DNA of 48,735 nucleotides from a virus. Taxonomy: Duplodnaviria > Caudoviricetes. The stretch spans positions 1-48,735 of the IMG/VR virus record IMGVR_UViG_3300048852_000104, one strand, 5' to 3'. A program made the translations under genes and the position numbers. The notes below the pieces were generated by a model that made no database searches, was not told where the DNA came from, and worked only from the letters and a program-made list of their open reading frames with translations. Shown here one piece after another: positions 34,781 to 44,332 of the stretch (positions are counted from its first letter, which is position 1; every line of letters starts with the position of its first letter).

Positions 34781-37374
34781 GTTTCCATCATCGCATGATG
34801 CTGCAGCGCTATGGGCTGGGCTGCACGACGTCGCTTTACAGCGAAGTTCTGTTTGATCCGATCTTCACGCCGATCTTCACTGCTGTTCTTGGCACTGGTG
34901 CCTTCAACATCGGCGTCGCGTCCATCTCTTACGCGTCGATCGCGTCTGCGATTGCAACGACGGCCATATCAATCGGCCTGCAGGCGCTGCTGGCGCAAGC
35001 ACCGAAGCCGCCAAAGCCGGAAGACGGCAGAGCACCGCTCAACCAGGCAATACCGTTCCGCGTCTATGCCGTCGGCCGCACTCGCGTTGCCGGAGCCCGC
35101 ATGATGTGGGAGGCGAAGGGCTCCAACCTCTATTCGGTGCAGGCCATCGCCGGTCATCGGATCAAGTCGTTCAACCGGTTCTACCTGAACGACGACGAGG
35201 TGACGGTCGTTGACAATGTCGTCACGCCTTTAACGACGGGTGGAAGGTACGGCGCGGGTTCCGCGAACGTCCGGCTGTACACCCGCCTCGGCGCGAACCC
35301 TGAAACGCCCTATGCCGAGCTCGTCTCTGCACTGGGCGCGGACGGCATCTGGACCAACGACCATCGAGGAGACGGTCAAGCTTCGCTAGCCATGCGGGCG
35401 CACAATGCGGACGCGCAGGATCAGCAGACGGCGTTTCCATACGGTGCCCCTTCTCCTTCCGTGGAGATCGATGGCGCCTATTGCTGGGATTTCCGCGACC
35501 CGGCTCAGGATCCGTCAGATCAGAGCACTTGGACGTGGACGCGCAACTCGGCCATCATCTTGGCTTGGCATCTCTGCTTCAACGAGTTCGGATTCGGCCT
35601 CGATTACCAGAAGGCCCTCTTGCCGGTTATCGACCTCTGGAAAGAGGAAGCCGACATTTGCGATGAGGACGTCACTCTCGCCGGCGGCGGCACGGAAAAG
35701 CGCTACCAGTGCAATGGCTGGGATACGACCGAGAACGGCCCCAAGTCGGGACTAAACGCGATCCTTGCCACGTGCGACGGTCACCTTGTTGCCCGGGGCG
35801 ACGGCGCCCGCATCCTGACCGTCGGCAAGTTCCGCGAAAACAGGACGGCAACGCTGACCGATGCCGACATTGTCGGCCACAATGTGCAGTACGGTGTGCT
35901 TTTCGAGGACGAGTGCAACCGTCTCGTCCCGAAATTCACCTATCCGGCGACGAATTACACAAGCTGCGACACCGACTTCTTCGAGGACACTGACGCCCAG
36001 ATCGCCGCGGGCCGGGTCCTCACCATGGAGGGAAGCTACGAGTGGTGCCACCAGTGGCGGCAAGCACGGCGCCTCGGCAAGCGTGATTGGCTGCGACAGC
36101 GCCAGGAGGTCAAGGGCAGCCTTGATGTCCGGCTCTCCGGTATCAATGCAGTCTATGCCCGGTGGGTTCGACTGGAGACGCCAAAACGGCTGCCCAAGCT
36201 GGACGGGAAACTGGTTGAGAACCGCCGATCAATAGTCGCCCTCACGAAGGGCGGCTTCACGATGGACTTCATCGAGCATCCCGAGGGGATAGACGACTGG
36301 AACCCGGCGACGGAAGAGGGGCAGCAGCCGCCGGTACCGCCGGCACCGAACGCCTCGGAGATCCCGACGCCCGTCATCAACCTCATTCAGGCAAAGGCGA
36401 ACGGCGGTAGTGTTTACATCCGTGTCGTGATCATCGATCCGGAGGACGGCAGCTTGACGCCCGTCGTTCGCTACCGGGTTGCGGACGCGGACGGACTGGG
36501 AACACCAGGCGCGTGGGTGGAACAGCCAAATCCGAACGCTGAGCCGTCCGGGGGGTACATAGACCTTTCGACGGGGAATGTTCCTACTGATGAAGTTCTG
36601 GACGTCCAGGCTGCTTTCATTGCGTCCAATAGGCGCTATTCGAACTGGTCCGTGACGGAAACCGTCACTTCAACATCAGATCCGACGCCTCCTGCCGCGC
36701 TTACATCCTTCACGCTCACAGGCTCAGCGCCGAGGCTGGGGAATGCATCCTTCGCGTTCTCGACCGGCAACGATGCTCATGTCCGGTCGGTGGACATCTA
36801 TCGCGTTCCCACAGGTTCGGCATTTGATCCTGACACGGCAACGCTTGTTGGCACACGCGCCGTCGGCCCATCGGCAAGCTATTCGTTTACGGACGGCGAT
36901 ACGACCCGGACGAACCTGCTCAGCAATCCCGGTTTCGACACGGATACAGTTTGGTCGAAAGGTACCGGTTGGACGATCAGCGGCGGAGCGGCGAACAAGG
37001 CCGCTGGCAATAATACACTCATTAGCCAGCCGGCAGCGATCGGAGCAGGCAAGAAGGGTAGGCTAGCTTATACGGTCACTTCGTTCAGTGCTGGGTCCTG
37101 TGTTTCACGGCTCACGAATGGCACCAATCACTATGAAGGAACAGCGCGGGCAAGTGTCGGCACCTACCTCGAGACGATAAGCGTTGTCGAGGCTACGACG
37201 ACCTTCGGCATCCGTGGAAGCGCAACCTTCGTGGGCTCGATAGACAATGTCTTTTTGTATGAAGAGACCGCGGCGTGCGCCCCTCAGGGAGCTTGGGACT
37301 TCTATGCCGTGCCCATCAACGGCTCAGGAATAGAAGGGCCAACCTCAGGCCCGATCACCGTTACCATCATCTGA
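34777..37374 (+). CDS. tail tip / central fibre protein
   Basis: 865 aa; GRTRVAG, FRDP, CDE, RY.CNG; C-terminal CBM-like NLL.NPGFD. Confidence 0.8.
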   Translation: MSFHHRMMLQRYGLGCTTSLYSEVLFDPIFTPIFTAVLGTGAFNIGVASISYASIASAIATTAISIGLQALLAQAPKPPKPEDGRAPLNQAIPFRVYAVGRTRVAGARMMWEAKGSNLYSVQAIAGHRIKSFNRFYLNDDEVTVVDNVVTPLTTGGRYGAGSANVRLYTRLGANPETPYAELVSALGADGIWTNDHRGDGQASLAMRAHNADAQDQQTAFPYGAPSPSVEIDGAYCWDFRDPAQDPSDQSTWTWTRNSAIILAWHLCFNEFGFGLDYQKALLPVIDLWKEEADICDEDVTLAGGGTEKRYQCNGWDTTENGPKSGLNAILATCDGHLVARGDGARILTVGKFRENRTATLTDADIVGHNVQYGVLFEDECNRLVPKFTYPATNYTSCDTDFFEDTDAQIAAGRVLTMEGSYEWCHQWRQARRLGKRDWLRQRQEVKGSLDVRLSGINAVYARWVRLETPKRLPKLDGKLVENRRSIVALTKGGFTMDFIEHPEGIDDWNPATEEGQQPPVPPAPNASEIPTPVINLIQAKANGGSVYIRVVIIDPEDGSLTPVVRYRVADADGLGTPGAWVEQPNPNAEPSGGYIDLSTGNVPTDEVLDVQAAFIASNRRYSNWSVTETVTSTSDPTPPAALTSFTLTGSAPRLGNASFAFSTGNDAHVRSVDIYRVPTGSAFDPDTATLVGTRAVGPSASYSFTDGDTTRTNLLSNPGFDTDTVWSKGTGWTISGGAANKAAGNNTLISQPAAIGAGKKGRLAYTVTSFSAGSCVSRLTNGTNHYEGTARASVGTYLETISVVEATTTFGIRGSATFVGSIDNVFLYEETAACAPQGAWDFYAVPINGSGIEGPTSGPITVTII

Positions 37375-37438
37375 TCCGAACAGAGTTCAATCCGAGCACT
37401 CTGGCCCAGCACCGGAGCGCTTTCCCATGGGGGTCTAA

Positions 37439-39682
37439 ATGGCAAATGAAATAGTCGACGTCATCAACTCGGTCTGGGAGGACGGGCCGGCGTCCTCACC
37501 GACAGAACCGGATAAACGGAGAATCCGGCAGGAGGTTGGTCCGACAATTCAAGGTCAGGTGGATAAAGTTTCCTCTGAGATCGACGACGTAAGGACGCTG
37601 GCAGTAAACGGGGCGCAATGGAAGTCTCCGGTCGCGGTTGCCACGACGGGCAATGTCACACTCTCCGGCGAGCAGACCGTAGACGGATACGCGACCGGCG
37701 GCTCGCGCATCCTCGTCAAGAACCAGACGAATGCGGCAGAGAACGGCATCTATCTCACCGGACCTGGTGCCTGGACGCGTGTTTCCGATGCGAATTCCGA
37801 GGCCGAGATCGTAGGCATGGCCGTTTTCGTCAGGAACGGCACGGTTAATCGCGGCAAGCAGTTCGCCTGCACGACCAAGGCACCGATCACTGTCGGCTCC
37901 ACCGCGATCGCTTTTCAGGAGGTCAGCGACCAGAGCGCATTGAACGCGGACATCGACGAGCTGCGGGAAACCATGCCGGAGAGCCTGGAAGCCGCCGACT
38001 TCCCGCCGCTGACCATAGCCGATGAGCATGGCTTCGAGGTTCTCGTGGCCACATCGCGCGGCGGCATTCAGACGGCCAGCGCCGAGATCAATGGACCAAG
38101 CTCCGGCACCCGGGCGCTTATCACCGACGAGAACGGATTTGCGCTGCTCGACATCGATCCCGAAGAGGGCTTCAAACTTCCCGGAGCGGCGGTCAAAGAG
38201 GATATTGAAGATCGCGGTGCGGTGGTGACCTTTGCTGATCCGCTGGGCTTCATTTCCGCGCAGATCAGGTCCGACGGAAAGCCGAATCTAGGGCTCGGCA
38301 ATGGAGAGGAGGGCGATGCTGTTGCCAATCTTAACGCGCGTTGCGTTGCGATCTCGGCTCAGACGCCGGCGCAATACAATTCCGCAGTCGCGCGCCCGAT
38401 CTGGAACGTCAATCATGTGATCAGCTACGGCCAATCTCTTGATCGCGGCTCGCTTGCATGGCCTGCCATCCAGACGAACCAGTTCGGCAACCTGATGCTG
38501 GGCGACAGCGTGCAGAACACGAACCAGCAGGCAACCGATTATCCGACCTTTGGATTGGCCGAGCTGAAGCCTCTCCTTGCGACCGTAACGTCCGGCACAA
38601 CGCTCTACACTCCGGCGGAGGTATCCGCATTCCCGCCCGATCAACCAGCCTGGGGCGTGACGCCGACCGAGGCGGCGATCGGCTTCGTGAAGAAGCTCTG
38701 GCTGCAGGGTCTGGGCGTGCAGAGCGACGACAGCCGCGTCTTCGTTCCGACCATAAATAGCCGCGGTGGATCGCAAGCTCTCGTTTTGCAGAAGGGCGCG
38801 TCGCCGAATTACTACGGCAAGATCCCGGATGGGGCAGCCAAGGTCAAAGCGGCGGCGGACGGGCTTTCCAAGTCGAGCGGGCTCGCGGGCATCGTCTACA
38901 TTCAGGGAGAAGCGGACTACACGGCCGACACGGACAAGGCCACCTACAAGAGTCGTGTTCTCCAGATCTTCGAAGACATAAAGGCAGACGCCGTTACCAT
39001 CTATGGCGCTGCCGATCCGCCGGCGATCTTCATCACCCAGGCTGGGGGCTCCTTTACCAACGATGCATCGAGCCTGGCCGTTGGCATGGCGCAGATCGAG
39101 CTCGCCGATGAAAACCGCGATGTCTATCTCGTCGGCCCGAACTATTTCGTTCCGAACCGCGACGACGGTCACCTGCTGTCCAACGGCTCCCGGTGGCTCG
39201 GTTTCATGATCGGCAAGGTCATGCACCAGGTGCTGATCCGAGGCATGGGCTGGCGGCCCCTACAGCCGCTCTCCGCGGAGGTGATCGGAGGCAGCGTTCA
39301 CATCGGCTTTCACGTGCCGGTGGCGCCGCTGGTCTGGGACACTCCCTATGATGGGCGCACGCCGGTTGACTTCCCTGGCAAGGGTTTCGACCTCTACGAC
39401 GATATGGGCGCGGTTGGCTTCACGCCGGAAATTGTTGCGGACGCCGTTGTCAGGCTTACCCCGGCACGACCACTCACGACAGGAGCCCGCGTGCGCTATG
39501 CCGGAAAGGCGACCTATAACGGCGCCGGCTGCCTCAGGGACAGCGACCCGCTCACCTCCAGCGGCCTCTACGAGTACCTCGCGGGCAGCGGCATGCAGGC
39601 CGACGAGGACATTCCCGAACTCGCCGGAAAACCTTACCCGCTGCACAACTGGTGCTGCGCTTTCGACATCGCAATCAACTGA
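37439..39682 (+). CDS. tail fibre/spike with SGNH (SASA-like) esterase domain
   Basis: TLSGEQTVDG..RILVKNQT..ENGIY anchor; GQSL, QGEAD, DDGHL catalytic blocks. Confidence 0.8.
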   Translation: MANEIVDVINSVWEDGPASSPTEPDKRRIRQEVGPTIQGQVDKVSSEIDDVRTLAVNGAQWKSPVAVATTGNVTLSGEQTVDGYATGGSRILVKNQTNAAENGIYLTGPGAWTRVSDANSEAEIVGMAVFVRNGTVNRGKQFACTTKAPITVGSTAIAFQEVSDQSALNADIDELRETMPESLEAADFPPLTIADEHGFEVLVATSRGGIQTASAEINGPSSGTRALITDENGFALLDIDPEEGFKLPGAAVKEDIEDRGAVVTFADPLGFISAQIRSDGKPNLGLGNGEEGDAVANLNARCVAISAQTPAQYNSAVARPIWNVNHVISYGQSLDRGSLAWPAIQTNQFGNLMLGDSVQNTNQQATDYPTFGLAELKPLLATVTSGTTLYTPAEVSAFPPDQPAWGVTPTEAAIGFVKKLWLQGLGVQSDDSRVFVPTINSRGGSQALVLQKGASPNYYGKIPDGAAKVKAAADGLSKSSGLAGIVYIQGEADYTADTDKATYKSRVLQIFEDIKADAVTIYGAADPPAIFITQAGGSFTNDASSLAVGMAQIELADENRDVYLVGPNYFVPNRDDGHLLSNGSRWLGFMIGKVMHQVLIRGMGWRPLQPLSAEVIGGSVHIGFHVPVAPLVWDTPYDGRTPVDFPGKGFDLYDDMGAVGFTPEIVADAVVRLTPARPLTTGARVRYAGKATYNGAGCLRDSDPLTSSGLYEYLAGSGMQADEDIPELAGKPYPLHNWCCAFDIAIN

Positions 39683-39694
39683 GGATCATTCGAC

Positions 39695-40435
39695 ATGGGT
39701 ATCAAGATAACTCCGCCGGGCGCGGATTACGAAGCGCTCGGTCTCGGCCTTGTGCTGCCGGTTTCCGAAGGGTGCCAGGGTTTCTTCCTGCCAAACGGCA
39801 GCGCCGGCAAGGCGGTGAAGAACTGGGCGCCGGGAATGAAGGATGGCGTTCTAGTGGGCAGCCCGGTCATCAATGCCGGATACGCCTCCTTCGAAGGTAA
39901 CGGCGTCGCCTACATGGAAACGCCTGTTGTCGAGACGTCGGAAATGACGCTGATCTTCGCCGGCCGGGGTGTCACCGATTCATCGACGGACGATCTGACG
40001 CCTGTCTTCCTCTCCTCCCGCAGCAGTGCAGGCGCTCTTGGTGGAACCGGAGGCATTCAGCTATACCCAAACAGTTCGGGCCAGCAGCGGCTTTACTTCA
40101 GCCAATGGAACGGCACAGCTTCGGTCAACCAGCTTGTGCCGGTGTCTTCCTACACCGTCGGCGCATGGCAGTGCATCGCCGGGCGCGTTACGCCGGCCGT
40201 GGCTTCAATCCGGAACCTGACCACCGGTGTCGCCTCCAGCGACGTGGCGCTGACCGGCAACCGCAATCCCGGCGCTGGCAAGATCCGGATCGGATCGATG
40301 ATCGACACCACATGGAAGGGAAAGTCGGACGCGGCTTTCTGCGCGCTTTATAATCGCGCGCTGGATGATACCGAAATCGCAGCTGTGTATGCCTGGGCGC
40401 AGAAATATCTGCTGTCTAAGGGGATCACTGTCTGA
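39695..40435 (+). CDS. LamG/ConA-like beta-sandwich tail protein
   Basis: W..IAG, IRIGS...WKG....ALYNRAL...EI. Confidence 0.7.
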   Translation: MGIKITPPGADYEALGLGLVLPVSEGCQGFFLPNGSAGKAVKNWAPGMKDGVLVGSPVINAGYASFEGNGVAYMETPVVETSEMTLIFAGRGVTDSSTDDLTPVFLSSRSSAGALGGTGGIQLYPNSSGQQRLYFSQWNGTASVNQLVPVSSYTVGAWQCIAGRVTPAVASIRNLTTGVASSDVALTGNRNPGAGKIRIGSMIDTTWKGKSDAAFCALYNRALDDTEIAAVYAWAQKYLLSKGITV

Positions 40436-40440
40436 GTGGG

Positions 40441-40470
40441 GGCGGCCCCGCCCATTTGGGGTGGGGCCGC
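40441..40470. terminator. hairpin between convergent genes
   Basis: GCGGCCCCGCCC/GGGTGGGGCCGC stem. Confidence 0.5.
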
Positions 40471-40483
40471 ATGCACTAGATTA

Positions 40484-41191
40484 TTATGCCCGTCTGATCA
40501 AATCGTAGATATTCTCCTGCGACGGGTCGGCGTCGGCATCATTCCAATCTTGTGTGTACATCATCGCGATGGGGTCATCTTCCAGAATTTCCCTATTGGT
40601 CTTTCTGGTCCAGGTGATGTTGTTTCGCAAAACCTTCGCCGGATAACCCCCGATCAGGCAGAACGGTCTGTTGAACTGCTTTGTAACGATAGAACCGAGC
40701 GCTACAACTGAACTTTGGCTGATCTTGGATCCCTTCATCAGCGTCACGCGCATGCCGCACCAGACGTAATCCTCTACGACCACGTCGCGCTCTTCGTTGA
40801 TCCGCTTGCGAGTTGCCAAATCGAACACTGGATGTGAATCAGTTGTTCGAATCTCGATCCCATTGGCGAACATGCAGTCCCTGCCAATCGTGATGGCACC
40901 TTTGAATGCGGTCATCGTACAGCGCCCAATTGTCGTGTAGTCGCCGATGGAGATCGTTCCCTTCCCGATGAGGGAAAGCATACCGGTTGCGAGAACGCTA
41001 TTACCTATCGACAGCTTGTTGCCGGTTCCCTCTATCCGGATGGTTAAGCCGTCGAAGTGGCACTGCTCACCGATCGTGATCTCGTTGTTGTCGCCTTCAA
41101 TACGGATCTGCGAGTTTTTGGCGACCCCGAAGCCCTCTGGTAGCGAAACAGTGTTGTTTCGCCCATTATCGACAACCGTGATCTGAGACAT
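40484..41191 (-). CDS. hexapeptide-repeat (LbH) acyltransferase, moron
   Basis: ITIG/ISIG repeats, RTTDSH, DYVWCG, SIVTK, GGYPAKV; lower GC. Confidence 0.85.
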   Translation of the reverse strand: MSQITVVDNGRNNTVSLPEGFGVAKNSQIRIEGDNNEITIGEQCHFDGLTIRIEGTGNKLSIGNSVLATGMLSLIGKGTISIGDYTTIGRCTMTAFKGAITIGRDCMFANGIEIRTTDSHPVFDLATRKRINEERDVVVEDYVWCGMRVTLMKGSKISQSSVVALGSIVTKQFNRPFCLIGGYPAKVLRNNITWTRKTNREILEDDPIAMMYTQDWNDADADPSQENIYDLIRRA

Positions 41192-41358
41192 TGGTGCCAC
41201 CCCCTGGAGTTGAATGGAACTCCTATACATATTCTCATGTTCGGGAAGCAAGCGGCTTTACTCGTAAGAGTGATGCTGAGGCTTATACTTCGTCCGGTTA
41301 CGTTGCCATGCTTTCCACCTCGGTTACCATTCGTGCACAATACGAGCCGCGTACGCGA

Positions 41359-41410
41359 GGGAGACAGAGTTTGCGGGGGTGTATGCCTGGGCGCAGAAGT
41401 TTCGAGCTAG
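41359..41410 (+). repeat. remnant copy of 3' end of LamG-like gene
   Basis: GTGTATGCCTGGGCGCAGAA at 41379-41398 identical to 40385-40404. Confidence 0.8.
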
Positions 41411-42201
41411 AACGACGTTCCTGGTGACAAGATTAGCAGGTCGCCGACTACTTTTTCTGTGTACCGGATCAGCTTGTCGATTGTTTCAAGCATCGGAAGA
41501 GCAGGCGGTTTGGCAGGATGCTCGATCCCCATCTCAGTCTTGAAAGTTGCGTCAACGTGAAATCCTGGGCATGGCTTTGCGAGGCCAACTCGCCATACTT
41601 CCTGTCCCGCATTGCGGACAATCGTGAGGGGCATCCCAAGACGCTCGATCTCTGCCGGTGCTGTTGGGGACCCAACCAAAATATTCTTGTTGACGCTGTA
41701 TGCCACAGTAACGACTGAGAGCGCGCGATGTTTGTGTAAGTTATTTAGATCGTGCAAAATCCAGAGCGTCGACTGGCTATTGTGATCCTCGACTTTATAG
41801 GGCTGCATAGCTTCGATTTTCAGAATCGATTGCTCTGCAAGACCAACAAGGCGTTTCCTTTCAACTTCCCGTCTGAAGTCTTTTTCAGATTTGGTGACCG
41901 GAAATTGATGAGAGGTGGCCGCTGCGTGCCCGTTTTCAACGGCCAGCCCTACCACAAGATGATCGAGTGTCGATCGCAACTGATGGAGTATGTCGCTGAC
42001 GCGCACGCTGAAGGATAGCGGCACGGGTTTCGGCGCGCTTTCCGTCGTGAAGATGTAGTTCAAATTGTCGGCATCTAGCTGCCCCCGAATTGCACCTGCA
42101 CCACCGTGCGAGAAGTATTCGGACTGCATGATTTGGACTTCATGCAGGATCTCTCGCGCGCGAGAGATTTTGGCCGAAATTCCATTTCGCCACGAGTGCA
42201 C
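41407..42201 (-). CDS. hypothetical moron protein, possibly HEPN-related
   Basis: HQLRSTLD, FP, QPY, LHDLNNLHKHR; AGGGG RBS; lower GC. Confidence 0.75.
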   Translation of the reverse strand: MHSWRNGISAKISRAREILHEVQIMQSEYFSHGGAGAIRGQLDADNLNYIFTTESAPKPVPLSFSVRVSDILHQLRSTLDHLVVGLAVENGHAAATSHQFPVTKSEKDFRREVERKRLVGLAEQSILKIEAMQPYKVEDHNSQSTLWILHDLNNLHKHRALSVVTVAYSVNKNILVGSPTAPAEIERLGMPLTIVRNAGQEVWRVGLAKPCPGFHVDATFKTEMGIEHPAKPPALPMLETIDKLIRYTEKVVGDLLILSPGTSF

Positions 42202-42318
42202 GACGTCATCCCCTTTGTCTTCGTCGCTTTTACTAGCGAACGGTTGTCACAAACCACGAAATACAACAAGAGGTAAAAGTAAGCTCGGGAAACTCTTTCC
42301 ATCGCTCTCGAACTCATG

Positions 42319-42438
42319 TTCGGGGATGCGGGCGGCTATTCGATTGCCTGCGTCAGGCGCTCCTCGGGCGAGGCCCGTCGCTGGAGGTAGGCGCCAGGCC
42401 TCTAACCGCTCCATCCGCCGTCGGAACGGCTACCCGAA
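42319..42438 (+). ncRNA. candidate structured RNA upstream of endolysin
   Basis: Five nested stems plus side hairpin, with G-U pairs on + strand. Confidence 0.45.
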
Positions 42439-42512
42439 ACTTAGCGCCGGACGATTGCACAAGGCCATTAGCCCTTCCGTCGTAACCCCACAGTCATAAT
42501 CAGGAGAAACGA

Positions 42513-43481
42513 ATGAGCGCCATCACCGCTCAGCACGTTCGCGCTGCCGCAAAGGGCAAGGTGAACGAGAGCAACCTCGCGTCCGTGCTCGCGGCGCTGG
42601 ACAGGTACGGCGAGCGCTTCGGCATGGACCGACCGCACCGCCTCGCGCAGTATTTCGCCCAACTCATGCATGAAAGCGGCGACTTCCGCTATGATCGCGA
42701 GATCTGGGGCCCGACGCCGGCGCAGCAGCGCTACGACACCAGGACCGATCTCGGCAACACGCCGGAGAAAGACGGTGACGGGTACCTTTACCGCGGCCGG
42801 ACCGGGATGCAGTTGACCGGCAAGGACAACTATCGCCAGTTCCGCAACTGGTGCCGAGCGGCCGGGCTCGACTGCCCGGACTTCGTCAAGGATCCTGACG
42901 CGGTCAACACCGATCCTTGGGAAGGCCTGGTCCCTCTTTTCTACTGGGACACCCGCGACCTTAATCGCTGGGCCGACGAGGGCGACGCCGAGACCATCAC
43001 AAAGAAGATCAACGGCGGCAAGAATGGCTTGGCCGATCGCTTCGATCGATTAGCGCGGATCTCGCTCGTGCTCCTCGGCTACCGAGCCGACAATGTCCTT
43101 CAGTTCCAGGCCGACCAACGGCTGCAGGTGGACGGCGATGTCGGGCCGAAAACGCGCGCTGCGATGCATACGGCCCTCGTGGCACTCACGCCGGGCGAGG
43201 CTGCACGGCCGGAGGTCAAGGCGGCGCCGGTAACTGAGGAGAAGCCGGTACCGGTACCAGTCACGCCACCGAGCCTCGATGCGCCGTGGTGGAAATCGAA
43301 AGAGGTCATCACTCCGTCGGTGATCGGCGGTGGCGCTTCGCTGCTCACCGCGATCGGCGGCATACCCTGGCAGAACCTCTTGTTGATCCTCGTCGCGTTC
43401 GGCGGCATCGCCGGCTTCCTCTACTGGCGCAAGAACGCCGATCGGAAGGCGGTGGCAAAACAGGTCGAGGGAATGGCGTGA
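42513..43481 (+). CDS. GH19 endolysin with PG-binding domain and C-terminal TM region
   Basis: AQLMHESG, YRGR..MQLTGKDNY, TKKINGG; FQ...L.VDG.VGPKT; hydrophobic C-terminus. Confidence 0.9.
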   Translation: MSAITAQHVRAAAKGKVNESNLASVLAALDRYGERFGMDRPHRLAQYFAQLMHESGDFRYDREIWGPTPAQQRYDTRTDLGNTPEKDGDGYLYRGRTGMQLTGKDNYRQFRNWCRAAGLDCPDFVKDPDAVNTDPWEGLVPLFYWDTRDLNRWADEGDAETITKKINGGKNGLADRFDRLARISLVLLGYRADNVLQFQADQRLQVDGDVGPKTRAAMHTALVALTPGEAARPEVKAAPVTEEKPVPVPVTPPSLDAPWWKSKEVITPSVIGGGASLLTAIGGIPWQNLLLILVAFGGIAGFLYWRKNADRKAVAKQVEGMA

Positions 43482-43717
43482 TGTTCTCCACTCCACGCAT
43501 CATCGCGGCTGCGGCCGCTCTCGCGTTCGTCGCCGCCGTGGTCGCCTGGATCTACCGACAGGGCGGCGACGACGTCAGAACCTCCATCGAAAGGCAGAAC
43601 AATGAAGCTGGCCGCACTGCGGACGATGTCCGCTCTCGCTTTGACCTTTGCCCTCCAGGGATGTGGGACTTCGGCGCCGGCAAGTGTCGACGGTCTCCGC
43701 CGCGTGGTGGGAACTGA
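43481..43717 (+). CDS. i-spanin (Rz-like)
   Basis: N-terminal TM, coiled coil, C-terminal Cys pair. Confidence 0.7.
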   Translation: MFSTPRIIAAAAALAFVAAVVAWIYRQGGDDVRTSIERQNNEAGRTADDVRSRFDLCPPGMWDFGAGKCRRSPPRGGN

Positions 43718-43844
43718 TCTGATCGGCGCGCGCGGTGCGACGCCGGCAGATCAGCGGAAGATTGACCGGACCGTGGTCGGCATCTGTGCCGCTTCGGTCT
43801 GGACGAAAGGGGAATGCGCGCGCCACGGCGAAGCGCAGCAGTAA
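43602..43844 (+). CDS. o-spanin lipoprotein (Rz1-like)
   Basis: LQGC lipobox; overlaps i-spanin in another frame. Confidence 0.75.
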   Translation: MKLAALRTMSALALTFALQGCGTSAPASVDGLRRVVGTDLIGARGATPADQRKIDRTVVGICAASVWTKGECARHGEAQQ

Positions 43845-43871
43845 ATCGCATCACATTACGAGGGCAGGGGA

Positions 43872-44264
43872 TTGGCTGAAACACAGGAAACCGAAAAGAT
43901 GGTCGCAACTCCGAAATGGCGGTTTGAATATAACCTCAACACCCTGGTGATCCTGTTCGGCTTCGCCGGCGGCCTCATTGCGTGGGGCGCGACGTGGGAG
44001 AGGGTGAACGCCAATCAGGACTCGCAGGCCAATTCGATCGATCGCCTCGACAAGCGTCTGACGGCTGCCGAGGTCTCCCTCCGGCAGATCGACAATCACG
44101 AGCTCCGGATCTCGGCGGTGGAGAAGCAAGCGGCTGAGGCGGCAACATCAATGAAGGCCGTCGAGAGCACGTTGAACAATCTCAGCTCCGATATGCGTCT
44201 TGTCCGCGAGATCCTGCAGCGCCTCGAGGATGGTGGGAGGCAGGGGAGCCAGCTTCGGCGCTAA
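43872..44264 (+). CDS. single-TM coiled-coil protein (holin-like position)
   Basis: TLVILFGFAGGLIAWG then coiled coil. Confidence 0.65.
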   Translation: MAETQETEKMVATPKWRFEYNLNTLVILFGFAGGLIAWGATWERVNANQDSQANSIDRLDKRLTAAEVSLRQIDNHELRISAVEKQAAEAATSMKAVESTLNNLSSDMRLVREILQRLEDGGRQGSQLRR

Positions 44265-44286
44265 TTCCGCGCGACCTTTTCCCATG

Positions 44287-44312
44287 AAAAAGCCCGCCGG
44301 CGAGGGCGGGCT
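44287..44312 (-). terminator. terminator of bstA-like gene
   Basis: GCCCGCC/GGCGGGC stem with TTTTT on minus strand. Confidence 0.7.
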
Positions 44313-44332
44313 AAAAAGGAAAGCGATCTGAC

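Noticed and set aside
41344-41380. Group II intron domain V-like GAGCCG start
   Set aside because: No complementary 3' arm, no RT; region explained as a gene-end remnant
40385-41398. DGR VR/TR pair at a tail gene end
   Set aside because: Repeat too short, differences not A-specific, no reverse transcriptase in window
42244-42255. 12-mer GGTTTGTGACAA shared with 6674-6685
   Set aside because: Many 12-mer pair matches are expected by chance in 49 kb
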